64,000 nucleotides of DNA from positions 3,596,001 through 3,660,000 of the forward strand of contig OZ361260.1 of NCBI GenBank assembly GCA_977018835.1. The letters are read 5' to 3'. Position 1 is the stretch's first letter. Every line of letters starts with the position of its first letter. Positions 1 through 12,781 of this stretch are shown here, one piece after another. The notes beneath the pieces were generated by a model. That model searched no databases. It was not told the DNA's origin and worked only from the letters and a program-made list of their open reading frames with translations. The position numbers were made by a program, and so were the translations under genes. The DNA comes from Minutocellus sp. GHC0000111 (lineage: Eukaryota).

Positions 1-289
1 TGATGATTGTTTCTTGTCTTCTTCTCCGATGTCTGTGTCCGGCAGAAGGTGATGGGTGATGGGTTCTCTCTCCTCTCGTATCTTGCTTGTAATTTCGTCG
101 AGCTTTCGTGCCGTTACGTAGCTTGGAACACCAAAAACAAAAATCCCAGCCAAACAACAAAACAGGAGCCAAACGCAATGGATACGACAGATACCGAACA
201 ACCAAGATTGCTTTGGATGGCAGCTACGCGTCAGATATTGTATCTGGCGATATGATACGCTTCTTCACCTCAAATGTTTCTCGAGGGCA

Positions 290-1937
290 ATGTGCTGCTG
301 CCGGAAGAGCGGGCGCGAAAGTGGAAGTCAACGAGGAAGTTCTCCGCTCTCCGCAGCACCCTGTCCGTCGTCGGGCTTTAGCGATTGCTTGGCCGCCTTT
401 CGACCATTTCGACCGAAGTCGCAAGCAAGATACCCTCTGTCCAAACCAGATACATGTACGATGGGATTCGAGGCCTGTTGCCTCTTCTTTGCCGCACCGC
501 CGGTCGAAGACGATGAGGCGACGCTGGTCTGGTCGCCAGCGGCGGCATTCTCATCTCGCAAGGGCCAAAAGGCAAAAAAGTCACAAGATGCGTCGTCTAC
601 GGATGCCGCCAACAATGCCAGCAGCAGCAGCAGCAATCCCACCAAAGATCTTATTATTGGGGATTTCGAGGGAAGAGACGAAACCGCGTGTACTGACGAG
701 GAGGAGGTGACTCTTCACAGCTATCTGTCCTCTATGGACGATGCCGACGAGATCGCCAACGAAGAAACTGCTGTTGGGCGAGATGGGGAAGAAGCTGACA
801 ACGCTTCTTCTTCCTCATCAACTGCAAAAAACACCATCATCAGCATCGGCATTAGCCCAAGATATCGCTGTTTCCGCCGAGGCTGCCGTCAAAGAGGCAC
901 AAAGGGCGGCTGCAGACTTCGAACGGACGAAACGAGAGCGTGCCATCGCATCCGAATTCGAACGTCGACGTGCAGAGAGGGCCGCAGAACGGGAGAAGCA
1001 GGCATTGGAGCGCGAGGTTCGGCAGGCAGAAGCCAGGGCGGCTCTTTTGGAACGGCAGCGGAAAGAAAAGGAGGAGGCCGATAAGAAGCGTCGTTTGGGA
1101 TCTCGAGCTGCATTCGAGGAGCGACGGAAGGAAGCAGAGGAGCTCAAGCGCAAGAGAGAGGACGCCAAGAGGAGGAGGGAACAACAGCAGGTGCAAGCTC
1201 CTTTTCAACCACAGCAATATCAACAGCAGCACCACCATAATGTTTTTGCCCAGAGCACACCTGGAATTTGGGGGATTGCCAATCCATGGCAGCAACAATA
1301 TCAGCATATGCCTCATCAGCAAATGCACCAATCGCATTACACGCCACAGAAGCCGTATAATCCACAACCCCAACCGCAGCCGCAACCGCAGCCGCAGCCA
1401 CAGACGTGGGCCCGTTCTCAGCCCCAATCTACTTCGCCTCCGACGAATGCGCAGTATCGTGCAAAGGCAGCACCAACATCGCCTCAACCAACTCAGCATC
1501 GACCAAAGCCCCAAAAGATTCCTTCTTCGAGCACATCTACATCTCCCCCTACAAAGACGCAAGCATCTGCAACGCCAGGAGCCACCAAATCGACAGAGGA
1601 AGTGAAAAGGAGCATACTCATTGCCTGGGCTCTCGAGCCGCCCAATTATCAGCAGCTCAAATCTATCGCTACAATGATAGCAAATCTGCAAGTGGTCCTA
1701 CCGCCTTCCTTTGGTGTCAAGTCGCATGAATATTTTGCAAAGTGGAAGCCAATAAACTACCATGATATCTGCCAAAATGAGGAAGCTCTGAAGAAAGCTG
1801 TTCGTAAATGTCGTTTTTTCCTTCACCCGGATAAGCTGCCGTCTGACCTCGATGAAGTCCAAAGCTTTGTGTGTAAAATGATTTGGGATGTAATGAACGA
1901 TGCCTGGGAAAGCCACAAAACAGGAGTCCCTGTATAA
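290..1937 (+). CDS. Auxilin-like C-terminal J-domain protein with coiled-coil and Q/P-rich regions; frameshifted, 5' end uncertain (possible ATG at 178)
   Basis: C-terminus WKPI...ALKKAVRKCRFFLHPDKLP has the HPD motif. ORFs 290..1084 and 741..1937 join if one A is removed from the A6 run at 826-831 (STAKTPSSASALAQD). Confidence 0.7.
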
Positions 1938-2087
1938 TCCGTAAATATTCCGTCAGTTTTGAGTCTATCATTAGATGTATTTATTTGTATTTTCTATTTC
2001 ATGCGTAATTCTCCTACGTGTTTTCCATTATGGCATCATATCTCTTTGCGTTGTCGTCATCAGTTGGCCATCCCGCATTTGTATCCA

Positions 2088-3623
2088 TCATATCCTCCCA
2101 TATTTTTGATAGATTTCTCTCGAATCGTATGGATCGCTCGAAAGAGATTTCTTCTGGTCTGTGCTGAACAAGAATTCCACAAAGCTCTGCAGCATCCCCC
2201 AAGGCTTTTGTGGCATTGGGCCCGTTTGATGAGAAATTCCTGGCACCCACGTGGCCAAATTACCAAACAATTGGTTCTCAAAGTAATCCTCTGGCTGCCA
2301 TTCAACGACATTGGCTCCCTTTGGTAGCCAAAGTAGGTGTGTCAAGCAAGCACCGTGGACCCCTCGCAGCGATTTCGCTCGTGATATGAGTTCTACTTGC
2401 TCTTTAAAGCTCATCTCGTGCAATTTGATTATCCTCGAAGAGGGGAACATCGCTTGCATGTCCGGCAGGGTCCGTGCATCCTTGGTTGCTTTTTCCATAT
2501 CCACTCGCGGATGTGCAAAATAAGGCTGCCTATCAATAACCAAGTCCAAACTTTCATCCATCGTTCGATCCTGAGGAATATCTTAGGCGGTGAGAACTCG
2601 TTCTATGAAGCGATCCATCACACCACAATTTTTGCCGCCGCCATTATTTCCTCCATATTCATCATACGAAAAATCGACGTAAGTCTTGGGAACATCATAA
2701 ACTGGAGAATTCTTGGGCAACCAAACTCCTCGTTCCATACATACAATCCCCTTGTATTGGGACACATAGGTGATATTGGCGTGGAAAATATCGGCCCATA
2801 CCTCATCGATATTGCTTTTGGCGTGTCCATCTAGCCAAATGATTCTAAGCTCCTGAGGACCGTTCTTTCCATATTTCAGCTTTTCCAAGGACCAATGAAC
2901 ATTGAACCAATCGGTGAACGTGTGATATAGGTTGGCGTATTCTATTCGCTCAAACATTAGAGTGAGACCAGGAAGATAGACATCGCATTGGTTTTGGTCT
3001 GGCACTCCCTCCCCGGCAGCTCCAAGGAGCTTTGATTGATACCATTGAGTCCAAAAGGATGGCTTGAACGGCAAGTACACTCCACACTTATCCACAGTAA
3101 ATGACTCTTCGTACTCATCCCGACCCTTGACATCTTCCGGCCGTTCCCCGCCCTTGCTGACATGAAATGCATCCGTATTCAATGCCATGTTGTCGAACCG
3201 ACATAGTCTCGCACTCGAGCTGTAGTGCTCCCAGCACCCATTTGACGACTTCCAACGCAAGCAGGACTCATCCGCTGGTTTTGGCGCGGGAAAATATTTT
3301 GGTTCGCCTGTTCGGAGCAAATATGGTTGCGGTGGTTCTGCCCGTATTATTGGACCATCTTTGGCTGGTGGTAACGGACACTCGGGTTTCTTCGGCAGAT
3401 CGTCTTCCCCGACGCCCCCCTGCGCCTGGTGCTGGTGCAATGCCGCAGCAGCTGATAGACGAAACCTGTTGTAAAATTCAGCCCCCTTGTGTTCCAGACC
3501 ATCTATCAATTCATGGTGGGTCTCTATTTCGACTGTTGCGAAGGCATACAAGACAATGCCGACGTAAAATGAGGCAATGTAAACCAGCGCATTGTAGAGA
3601 AGTCGGATTGCAGCTGGTCTCAT
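2088..3623 (-). CDS. Glycosyltransferase family 61 (EOGT-like), type II membrane protein, with in-frame TAA at 2583-2585
   Basis: N-terminal TM; R-x-EYANLYHTFTDWFN and MSFKEQVELI...GVHGACLTHLLWLP motifs. The two ORFs are in the same frame (RVLTA*DIPQDRTMDES). Confidence 0.8.
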
Positions 3624-4057
3624 TTTCTGCTTTGATGCCTGCACTCTACATGTAGCACCGCTGACCGCGACGCCAGGGCGGTTGAGGGAGTGAAACGGTC
3701 ACGGTTGTCCTACTGGTTGAGCTAGCTAGAGTAGATTAAGCCAGTGATGATGGACGGTAAGGGCAATGCCCCGCTCCATGCCCCTCGACCCGCCCCGCAG
3801 AACCCGCTGAAGAAGCGCAGCGGTTTCCGCGAGGGTTGGACGACGAACAGACTCCTCAGGCTCAGGCTTCTTGCACTTCATTTTTTTACTCCCGCCAAAT
3901 CGCAAAACATGTGAGCTGATGATGATGACGAGTTGAGTTGGCGTTGAGTTCTGCCCAAGCATCATTTGCAGCCGTCATACGAGGTCTCTAGTAGCTACGT
4001 AGCTAGTCTAGTCTAGTTCCTTGTTTACTACGCTACCTTTCCTCCACAATATAAGTA

Positions 4058-5141
4058 ATGGCATTCAATAATGCGGCCGATAACGAGGGTGGAACCCAGC
4101 CTGCTTGGTTGACCGAAGGCATCGAGGCGGATCAGCAAGCTGCATCCACCTCCGTCGATTGGGCGACCGAGAATGTCGACGTCGAAGGCCAGAGGAGCAC
4201 CAAGATCGATGAGCCTGCCAAGAAGGAGTCACTATCTTCGGGTGCTACCACGAGTACTAATATCACCACGACTAACCCTGTCGCTGTTGACAACGCACAG
4301 CGGCACAAGCGTTGGAGCTGGGGGGAAATGATTAAGCGCGATGGTCGCCTTCTAATCATCACGCTTGCGATTATAGTCTTGATGAACATTCCATTCATCA
4401 AGTACGTTTTGTACCCATTCTCCATCTTTTCAACTTACGTGCACGAATTTTGCCACGGATTTTCTGCCCTGTTGGTTGGTGGACGTGTTCAGAAGCTTTT
4501 GATTTTCCCGGACACAAGTGGACAGGCCTACACTTCGCTACCGCCCGGAAACGGCCGTAGAGCATTCGTGGCTGCCAGCAGATATCAAGGTACGGCCATT
4601 GTGGGGTGTCTCCTTCTAATCTTTCGTCGCACCAAGCGTGGGCCGCGCACTGGCACCATGGCTTTGGCGATTGTAATGCTCCTATCGACGGCAATATGGA
4701 TACGGAATGTGTTTGGCTTTATAATGATTGCCTTGCTTGGAATTATTCTAGCCGTCTGTGCGTGGAAATTGCCAAGCGCGAGAATACGCGATGTCTACAC
4801 TTGTGTTGCAGTGACGACAACGCTCAACGCGATAACAAATGTCGTGGATTTGTTTGGAAGCAATCAATATGTATGTAAATGGCGAGCCAAGCCAAACCGA
4901 TGCACATACGGTTGCAGATACGATTGGTGGGCCGAGCTGGATCTGGGCACTATTGTGGCTGCTATTTTCCATTGTAATGGCAGGGGTGGGACTTGTATTT
5001 GCCATTCCTGGACCTGATGAACCCGCCGACTTCAAATGCTGTGGCGTGTGCATTGATCTTGGCGTTTTCAATATCTGCAACAAGGGAAGAGCTGGAGCAG
5101 ATGATGCTATCGGAGGGCAGAGTACTAGCAGTAGCAATTGA
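4058..5141 (+). CDS. Peptidase M50B-like multi-TM protein; frameshift from a 4-nt duplication at 4868-4877
   Basis: YVHEFCHG (HExxH) after a TM segment and several TM helices. The C-terminal 'SQTDAHTVA...WALLW' segment is in ORF 4839..5141. Confidence 0.75.
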
Positions 5142-5292
5142 TTGAGTTCTTCCGGCACTGCATAGGTGCTCTGCGTTTCTTGTACAAGAAGCCCCTGGTA
5201 AAACTAATTAATGTTAGAACAGAAATCATCTACATTTGTTGTTACTGTTTATCCCTCGATGCGATATCTTACTACGTAGCTAGTACAGCGAG

Positions 5293-6358
5293 TCATGCCG
5301 CCCGACTAAACCTCACTGGATTGAGTGATTTGAAGAGATCAACGGCAACACCACCGATTCCCTTGGCCTCCTCCTCCTCTACCTCTTCTTCTTCCTCCTC
5401 CTCCTCAATTACATCTGCTTGTGGAATTACTTGAATCTCAAAATAATCGACCAGACAAATTCCAAATATATCAAGCTTAGCCGCGATGTCCATTCCCTCT
5501 GCTGGTACTTCGATTGGGTTTCCAGATGACATAATGCGCCAGCCAAAAAAGTCAATGACTTCCGTTCATTGGCTTGTCCTCATCGTTGTTATTCTGTGTA
5601 CTAGGACTGCCAAATCTAAGACGATCCAGCAATCATATGGGTGGCTCTGTATGATTCTCCTTTGATGTAAAAAAGAATGTATGGATCATTACGTCTTTCT
5701 TAGCGTCGTATACTGTGAAGGTAAGTCGACAATTTCTAGTGATGGGATAGACTCGCCATAATAGGCGGTAACTGCCTCTGCCGAGAGCTATGGGCTTTGA
5801 GCCTTGAAGTTGTACTCTACGTTTCCCCATAGTGCAAAGGATCGATTTGAACGGGCTGTACTCATCGAAGTGGTCATTGACATCGTCTTTATTCGTCTTG
5901 ATGACTGGTCGCTGCAAGTTCTTTCGACGGAAAGCCTTGTAGGCTTCTATCTTCCAGTGCCGAGCTGAAGCGTTGTCTACGATTTCCACATACTCATCCA
6001 TCAGGCCTCGAAGCATCGCTTTCCATATTTCGCATGCCATCTTCGAGTTCTCTTTGTTGGTACCGAGGAAGGCAGATATATCCCACGGATGAAGAAAAAG
6101 TAGAACGACTTCGACTATATCCTCAGAAAGTAGAACATGAACCAGGTCCATGGGTGTGGCTGTTCCTTTCGTCATCAATGGTGATGCGTCGCTTTGTTGG
6201 CAGGTTTGATCTACATCCAATTCACTGGTTGCTGCAGAAGAAGCAGAAGGATGGTGCTCATCTTCCGTGTTCTTGATCGATTTTGTGGCAGAACATGTGG
6301 AAGGACGAGGAGAGAGAACGAGCTCTCGTTTGAGTTCTTTTGTAATATTTGTTCCCAT
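5293..6358 (-). CDS. F-box-like protein, probably continuing across frameshift(s) into ORF 5293..5532
   Basis: LLSEDIVEVVLLFLHPWDISAFLGTNK resembles an F-box motif; acidic C-terminal ORF downstream. Confidence 0.45.
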
Positions 6359-6596
6359 GATATTTGTGAATTCAAGAGAGGATCACGTACGAATTGATGA
6401 GAACTGGTAACTGCCAGTGGCCGATCGACCCTGAAGCACCATTGCACGACTCAGCCTCCCTGAACAGCTGAACGACTCACGCCGGTGATGTTGAGCGAGG
6501 GCCGCGATGGTTGGAGTATCTTGTGCTGCTTCTTTTGGGGCTTGTTAGGGTTTTGTCAGTCATCCAGTCGGTCATTTATTTGGATGCCCCAGCCAT

Positions 6597-8933
6597 ATGG
6601 CGCTCAGTGACTTGACTGGCGAGCGGAAGCAAACTCTGCCCGCCCAATCCAACGCAGCATTACCAAACGCACCAAACAACTTACGCGCGATCTCAATGAA
6701 GCGCGAACGTGGCGCATCGGCCTCTGCCACCGCGGTATCAGCCACCGCAATTGGCATCGTCTGTATTGGCGCTACAATTGGCATTTCCCTCCTGTCGTCG
6801 AGTGTTTCGATCAAGGCATCGACCTCCTTTTTCCGGAGCCGAACTCTCGCCCTCACTGGCATCGACGCCTATTCAATAATAACTGATTCCTATGGTAACA
6901 CGCAGGAATGTGGTGGGTGGGATAGTGGCTTTTGGGAGGTGTCGCAAAGCTTGCTGAGCCAGTCATTTAGCACCTTCGGCACGCATTGCTTACCAGACGA
7001 TGCCTCGGCGGCAGAATCCTGCGCAGCCGAGTGCGATGCGACGGTAGATTGTAGATCGTTCATGATACATGACAATCTAGGATATCACTCCTGTTTTAGG
7101 CGCCAGAACGAAGACCTATCGCGCCGACACATGGCTGCGTGCTGTTCAGCGAGCCAGCTGCGCATCCTCCCGACGGAACTGATTATGTCCAGTACTATAC
7201 TTCTGGAACCAAGTACAAATGTTATACCAGCAATCACCACCCATCACCATTCACTCAGGGACCAGCCAATACAAACCTTGTACGGTATGGAACCGCGCAT
7301 CAATCTTCGACTTGTCATGATGGTGCTGCATCTCGGGCTCTAAATGGCGACATCAAGCCACTGTTCAGCAAACAGAGTATTTCCCACACCTGGTACGTAA
7401 AGTGGAGGGTCGATCTCATCGATTATCGAAACGATTTTATATTTCACTTCTCACCCTCCACATTCTCGCTTCGCGAAATCTTCCTTTCAGCCAAGGCTTC
7501 GAGGAATGGTGGCAAGCCGACTTTGGGACGATGGGGTTGGTGGACTATGTAGTAATATACAACCGAATGGACGAGGGAACCACTCATCAGCTTTCTTATT
7601 CCAAGGTCGAGCTCCTCGATGATGACTCGCGCGATGGTACCGGTGAGCTGGAAGTTGTAGCATCACGCGAGATCCGATGGCATAGAGAGACTCAAGATCG
7701 ACTTCGATGGTATCAAAGACAAGGCCGTCCGCATTACCAAGCTCAATCCCAAGGGCGTCGCCCAATCGCTCGCCGTCGCCGAGGTTGCCGTTATGGGCCA
7801 AGCTGGCTGCTGGGATCCTACCATGACGTGCGCCGAGGGAACTGATTTGCAGTTTTTGCCTCTCAGAAACAATCTTGTACGCCGGTATGCCCAGGCGAGT
7901 CAGTCGACGACGTGCCACAAAGGTAACGCATACCGGGCAATCGATTCGAAGTTCAGTGGCTTCTGGCGAGATAAGACCATCACTCACACATGCAATGGTT
8001 TGGATGAATATTGGCAGGCCCTTTTCCCCGTTCCTGGTATTGTTGACTATGTGGACATCTATAATCGGCTTGACGACGGCACGTCTGTCTTCTTGTCGGA
8101 CACTATTGTTCAGCTCTTGGACTACAGTGCAGGACAGCTCGTTGTTGTCGACTACAATTCCGATATCAATGACTCAACCAACACCGACAGGTTTCATCTT
8201 ACCTTTAATCATATTCGGGCCGCCGGCATTCGCATCCGTAAGAGACAAGGCGCCCAGGGTGCTATTTCGCTCGCCGAGGTTGTTGTTCAGGGAACAGCCT
8301 ACCCCAAGAAGTCTCTGCCACCTGTCAATCCGCTCATCGACCTTGCAAAGGGGGGGGGTTGCCACACAATCTTCAACATGCAACGGGGCAGTCGCGTCAA
8401 GAGCCATTGATGGCAATGAAAGCCCATACGTTAAAGATCAGGGCATTGCAATGACCTGCAAGGAACCAGGAGCTTGGTTCATGGTCGAATTGCCAATGGC
8501 AGGCCACATCAATTTCGTTGACATTATCAACCGGATGGACGACGGACTGTCGTCCATGCTTTCATTTTCCATTGTAGAATTATTAGACTATGTTACCGAA
8601 GAAGACCGGAAAGCTGGAAAGTGAGTAAAATTTGTTTTGTCGACGAGTAGAATTGGCTTCGTCGAAGTTGAGAGTAAACCAATATATCCAGTATGAATTC
8701 AATGCCAATGCTCTTATTCATCTTTTATCTATTCTCATCCTTCCAACAGACTCACTGTCGTCTACACAAATAAAAAGGAAATCCTGGATACGACGGGCAT
8801 TGAATTGGTACGAGCCCGAATGATGGGCAAACACGCAAGTGCAGTCAGAATTAGTAGACGAGCTCATGAGAATAGAATACTCAATATTCCCGAGATCAAA
8901 GTTATGGGTGTAACCAAAGGGATTTGGATGTAG
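6597..8933 (+). CDS. Membrane-anchored protein with a Cys-rich PAN-like segment and three tandem F-type lectin (fucolectin) domains; introns 7393-7490 and 8621-8749; frameshifted
   Basis: Three repeats of 'A.Q S[S/T]TC..G.A.RA.[D/N]...[H/M]TC......W.......V.I.NR.D'. Canonical GT..AG introns restore frame. Frame breaks at ~7100, ~7670 and the G9 run 8350-8358. Confidence 0.75.
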
Positions 8934-9043
8934 ATTTAGCTAGAGTTTAACCATTCTTTGTAAATGAATTACACAGGACTATTATTGCAAAAAGTCAACG
9001 GTGAAATCTACTATTACTACCTTTCAGATCACGATGCAAACGC

Positions 9044-11517
9044 TTATTCTTTCATCAAGTCGTTGAGCTCGGCATCAGCCGAAGCAAACATCGCATCAAG
9101 CTCGGCCAGGGAGTCATCTCCAACTTCATCGCCGCCAGCACCGGAGATGTCTACAGAATCAGACGTGTTGAGAATGTCTTCAAGAGCACTTGCTCCACTT
9201 GCACCAAGAGCTTCCATATCCTTCTTGGCTTCCAGGAGCATATCGTCAGTCTTTTCGAGGGCGCTATCTTTCTTCTTCACTCCCTTTTTGCCATCACTGT
9301 CCTCCTCATCATCGTCATTCTCGTTCAGCATCCACTCTGGCGACGTCAATACCTCGCCTTCCGGGACTGGCTTGGATGGTGTTGATGCAGCAGCGGGTGT
9401 AGCTTCCTCCTCGGACTTTTTCTTAGATTCGTAGCTTCCATTCAAAATGCTGACAGAAATTGGGTTGGACAGGAACTTCTTCATGTGAGCCATCACCTCC
9501 TTGTGCCGAGAATCACCAGCCTGCTCGCATCGTTCAGCGGCCTGGCGGCATAAATCCATAATCTCATTGACATTTTCCACTGTGGGGTCATGCTCGAGAG
9601 CCCTTTCCTTCTTTTGAATGTCCGCCACAATCGACAACGCAATCTGAATGGACCGCTGCATTGCCGAGTTGGTATGTTTCCCCTTGACACCATGAGCCTT
9701 CAAGACCGTTTGTATTTGTTTGACACAATCGGCGCTCTCAGGCATCATATAAATAAGCGGATCGTCTGGAGCCTCCTTCAAAAATAGAGAGATGGACTCC
9801 TCTCGACGGAACTTCAACTTGGCAAGGCTGGCAATCAACGTTACGAACGTCACCTTCCCGGTCCCGATCGAAAACTTATTCGTCTTGATCTCAATGATGT
9901 ACTGCTCGCTAATCATAAGGAACGATTCCTCCAGAACAGATTTGGCCGAATTGCGAAACGAATTGAAGAAGGCTTTGCCGGCACTTGCGCTCTTTGTGCA
10001 TATAGAACAACAGAGAAGCAATGATGAGTCTGTTACATAATCGAGACGCGTCACACAACAAACAACAGGAAACACTCTATCGAATTGCACACCTACCTTT
10101 TCTTGTTCCTTTGCTTCAGCTTCCGCCTGCGACATGGCCAGTTCAACAAAAAGTGGTCTGCGGATGGCCTTACAGGAATACATCCCTGCGCAAACATTCC
10201 AAGGGCTTTGCGATAGATCAATCTCGTCACCAATGGCAACAACATCGGAACCGACTGCCCGCTTTGCCTTTTTCTTTTCCTCGGCCTTGGCGGTGCCTTC
10301 CTTGTTGCCTACACCAGCAACTGCCGCGGCTGACGTGGCACCACCTCCTGCAGCGGCAGCCACGTTGTGCGGTGCAACTACCTCGCTGGCAACTGCGGCC
10401 ATACTGGAAGCATTTTGTTTGAGCGTCGTGAGGCCGCTGCTGAAGAAGGACGTCACCTTTTCCTTTGCCTTGAGAACCTCGGCCTCCAAGTTGGCACTCG
10501 TCGTGTTGGCTCCATCTTGGTCTTCGACCTTGGAATTAAATGGTTCGCCCCTCCGAATGCTCTCCCTAACCTTGAGGGCAACGTTGAGAATCGCATCATT
10601 CAAATGGAGGCTGGGGGTCCAATCCAAATCGATGTCGAGATAATCCCCGTCATTAATTTCGGATCCGGGTTGCGGAAAAAGATTCGCACCAGATATGAGC
10701 ATGGCTGTCGGTGGCTGAAACGGATACGATGAGGGAGTGGCAGCTGGACCTCCATCGGGAGATGTACCGGTGGAAGCATCAAGCATGATGATCACGTGAG
10801 GAGGGTCCTGGTTGGACGCATCGGCTGAATCTGGTGCCGTTGCCTCGGTCTCTCTGCCAGCGTCCTCCTTGTCATCTGCAGCATTTGCTTCGCCCTCTGC
10901 CGACGCCTCCTTGGGTTTATCATCCGCCTCATCTCTGCCCTTTCCTTCTTCATCCGAACCATCCTTTGCGTTCCCGTCATCGCCCTCCACTTCGGCTCCC
11001 CCAGTCCCACCGACCTTCTCATCATCCGCACCGGGCACGACGCTTGGGGGTTCGACGGCAATCCGAAAGGTGACGTCGCACAGTCCCTTGGCAATGTCAA
11101 TGGTATGGTCCTCCAGGGTGATGAACGGGGGGAGAACACCGACCGTCTCCACATCGTGCTGGTGGGCGGCATCGTCCCCTCCCTCTTTCGTTAAGGCCAA
11201 TATCTCCCGATGCAGCCTGGTGGACCAAATTTCCGCCGTCCGATTCGGTGGCTTGCTTGGGACTGTTGCCGGTGCTGGCGTTGGCGAAGCCTCTGGAGCT
11301 GCCACCGCAGGTTCAGCAGCGGCAGCACCAGCGGCAGGAGGAACTGGGACTGCTTCCGCTTTCTCATCGGCCTCGGGAGCTTCCGACTCCTTCTCATCTT
11401 GATTTGGTTCGGCAGCGGGACTGGATCTGCTGCTGCTACTGCTGCTGCGGCATCGGTGGCCGGGGCAACGGCATCCTCCGCAACAGATGCAGGTGCTGTT
11501 TCTTCTGGAGATGACAT
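9044..11517 (-). CDS. Protein with a UBC-fold (UEV-like, no catalytic Cys) domain, a PH-like domain and a helical C-terminus; intron 9992-10096; frameshift ~11418
   Basis: RLHREILAL...YPFQPP...GDYLDIDLDWTPSLHLNDAIL matches the E2 fold pattern. In-frame GTAGGT..AG intron. ATG 11517 ORF joins the main ORF at a short C run. Confidence 0.6.
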
Positions 11518-12781
11518 TTATCTATCTGGAGTTGTGGCTTAGACTGTATGTGCTGAGCTTCCCGTCGAGTTCGGTTCGGGCCTCAAGTGCAACGGTTGGA
11601 CTGATTGGACAAAAGATTACGACAATTATGGAATATTCACTTGTGGGTTAGATGGCAAAACCAATAGCAGAACCAATACCGAACAAAGTAGATTACATAG
11701 CAACCGCGTTGGCGTTTCTTTAGCAGTCTCTTCGCATATCACGAGGTACACTCGACTCTACGAGTACCTTGCATGCAGCATTCTCGGAGTTGTGGCAAAG
11801 GTCGTCGGATCGTTTTGCAAATTCCAGCACAAGGTTTCAAGGTATGCTGCTGCTTATCCGACGATCAGCTCTGCCAAGCCGAGACTGACTAGAGACATGT
11901 CAACCAACCAGACTCCAAAACTGTTTTGCATCAATGGCTGCGTCAACAATCTTCATCACGTACCTTGCTCCGGAATGCAGCAAAATAATGAACCCGTCAT
12001 TTTTGAGCTCGAGAGATCGCTTTCCCTACTAACGGAAAGCGCACCCATACTCTGGCGGGTGCACTGTTTGTTATGTTCGCAACCAGTCTCATTCTGCATT
12101 CTGCCTGCTCATTCGGCGAACACGCGGCACCCAGCATAGCAGCAGCGGTCTGTGGGCGGTGGGCCGCTCCCCCCCCTCGATTTCAAGTACGACAGGCCTA
12201 GCTAGTCGGCTTTGGGATAGACCATGCCATCAGATCAAAGTGTGGGCGGTTGGTAGATCGCCCAGAAGACGACATGTCCGAGCGAGAGGCAAGTACATAC
12301 TGCGGCACATACATCCATGCATGGCATCGGCAGAGTTGGTAGGTGCCATGAGTAGCAGAGCCGCCGCAAGAGCACCGGCTGTCAATGGGGGCATTAGAAT
12401 GGAGATGCAGTTGTGCGTGGATGTGACTTTGCAATCAATGGCCTTGCGTAGCCATGTGCCCTTGCCGAATCATTGACTCGGTAGGCCTACCTGATCGATC
12501 GTTTGTAATTTGAGTGACCTGAAGTATTGGCGATTATCAGCGTGGTGCTGGTTGTAACTGTAGAACTGCATGCAACAAGTGAAGTGATTTGATCCGTCGG
12601 CACGTCATTGCGTTCATAATGAGAGGTTCAGAGGGTGAAAACGAGAAAATGAGAAAAACAGCAACGGAACTCAGTCCTGCACCAACGATCTCGTCCTGGA
12701 CCTCTTCACAAAAGCACAACGACTGACTCAAAACTCAAATATAACAATCGACTCAATCAAATTAGACGATCTACAATCACC

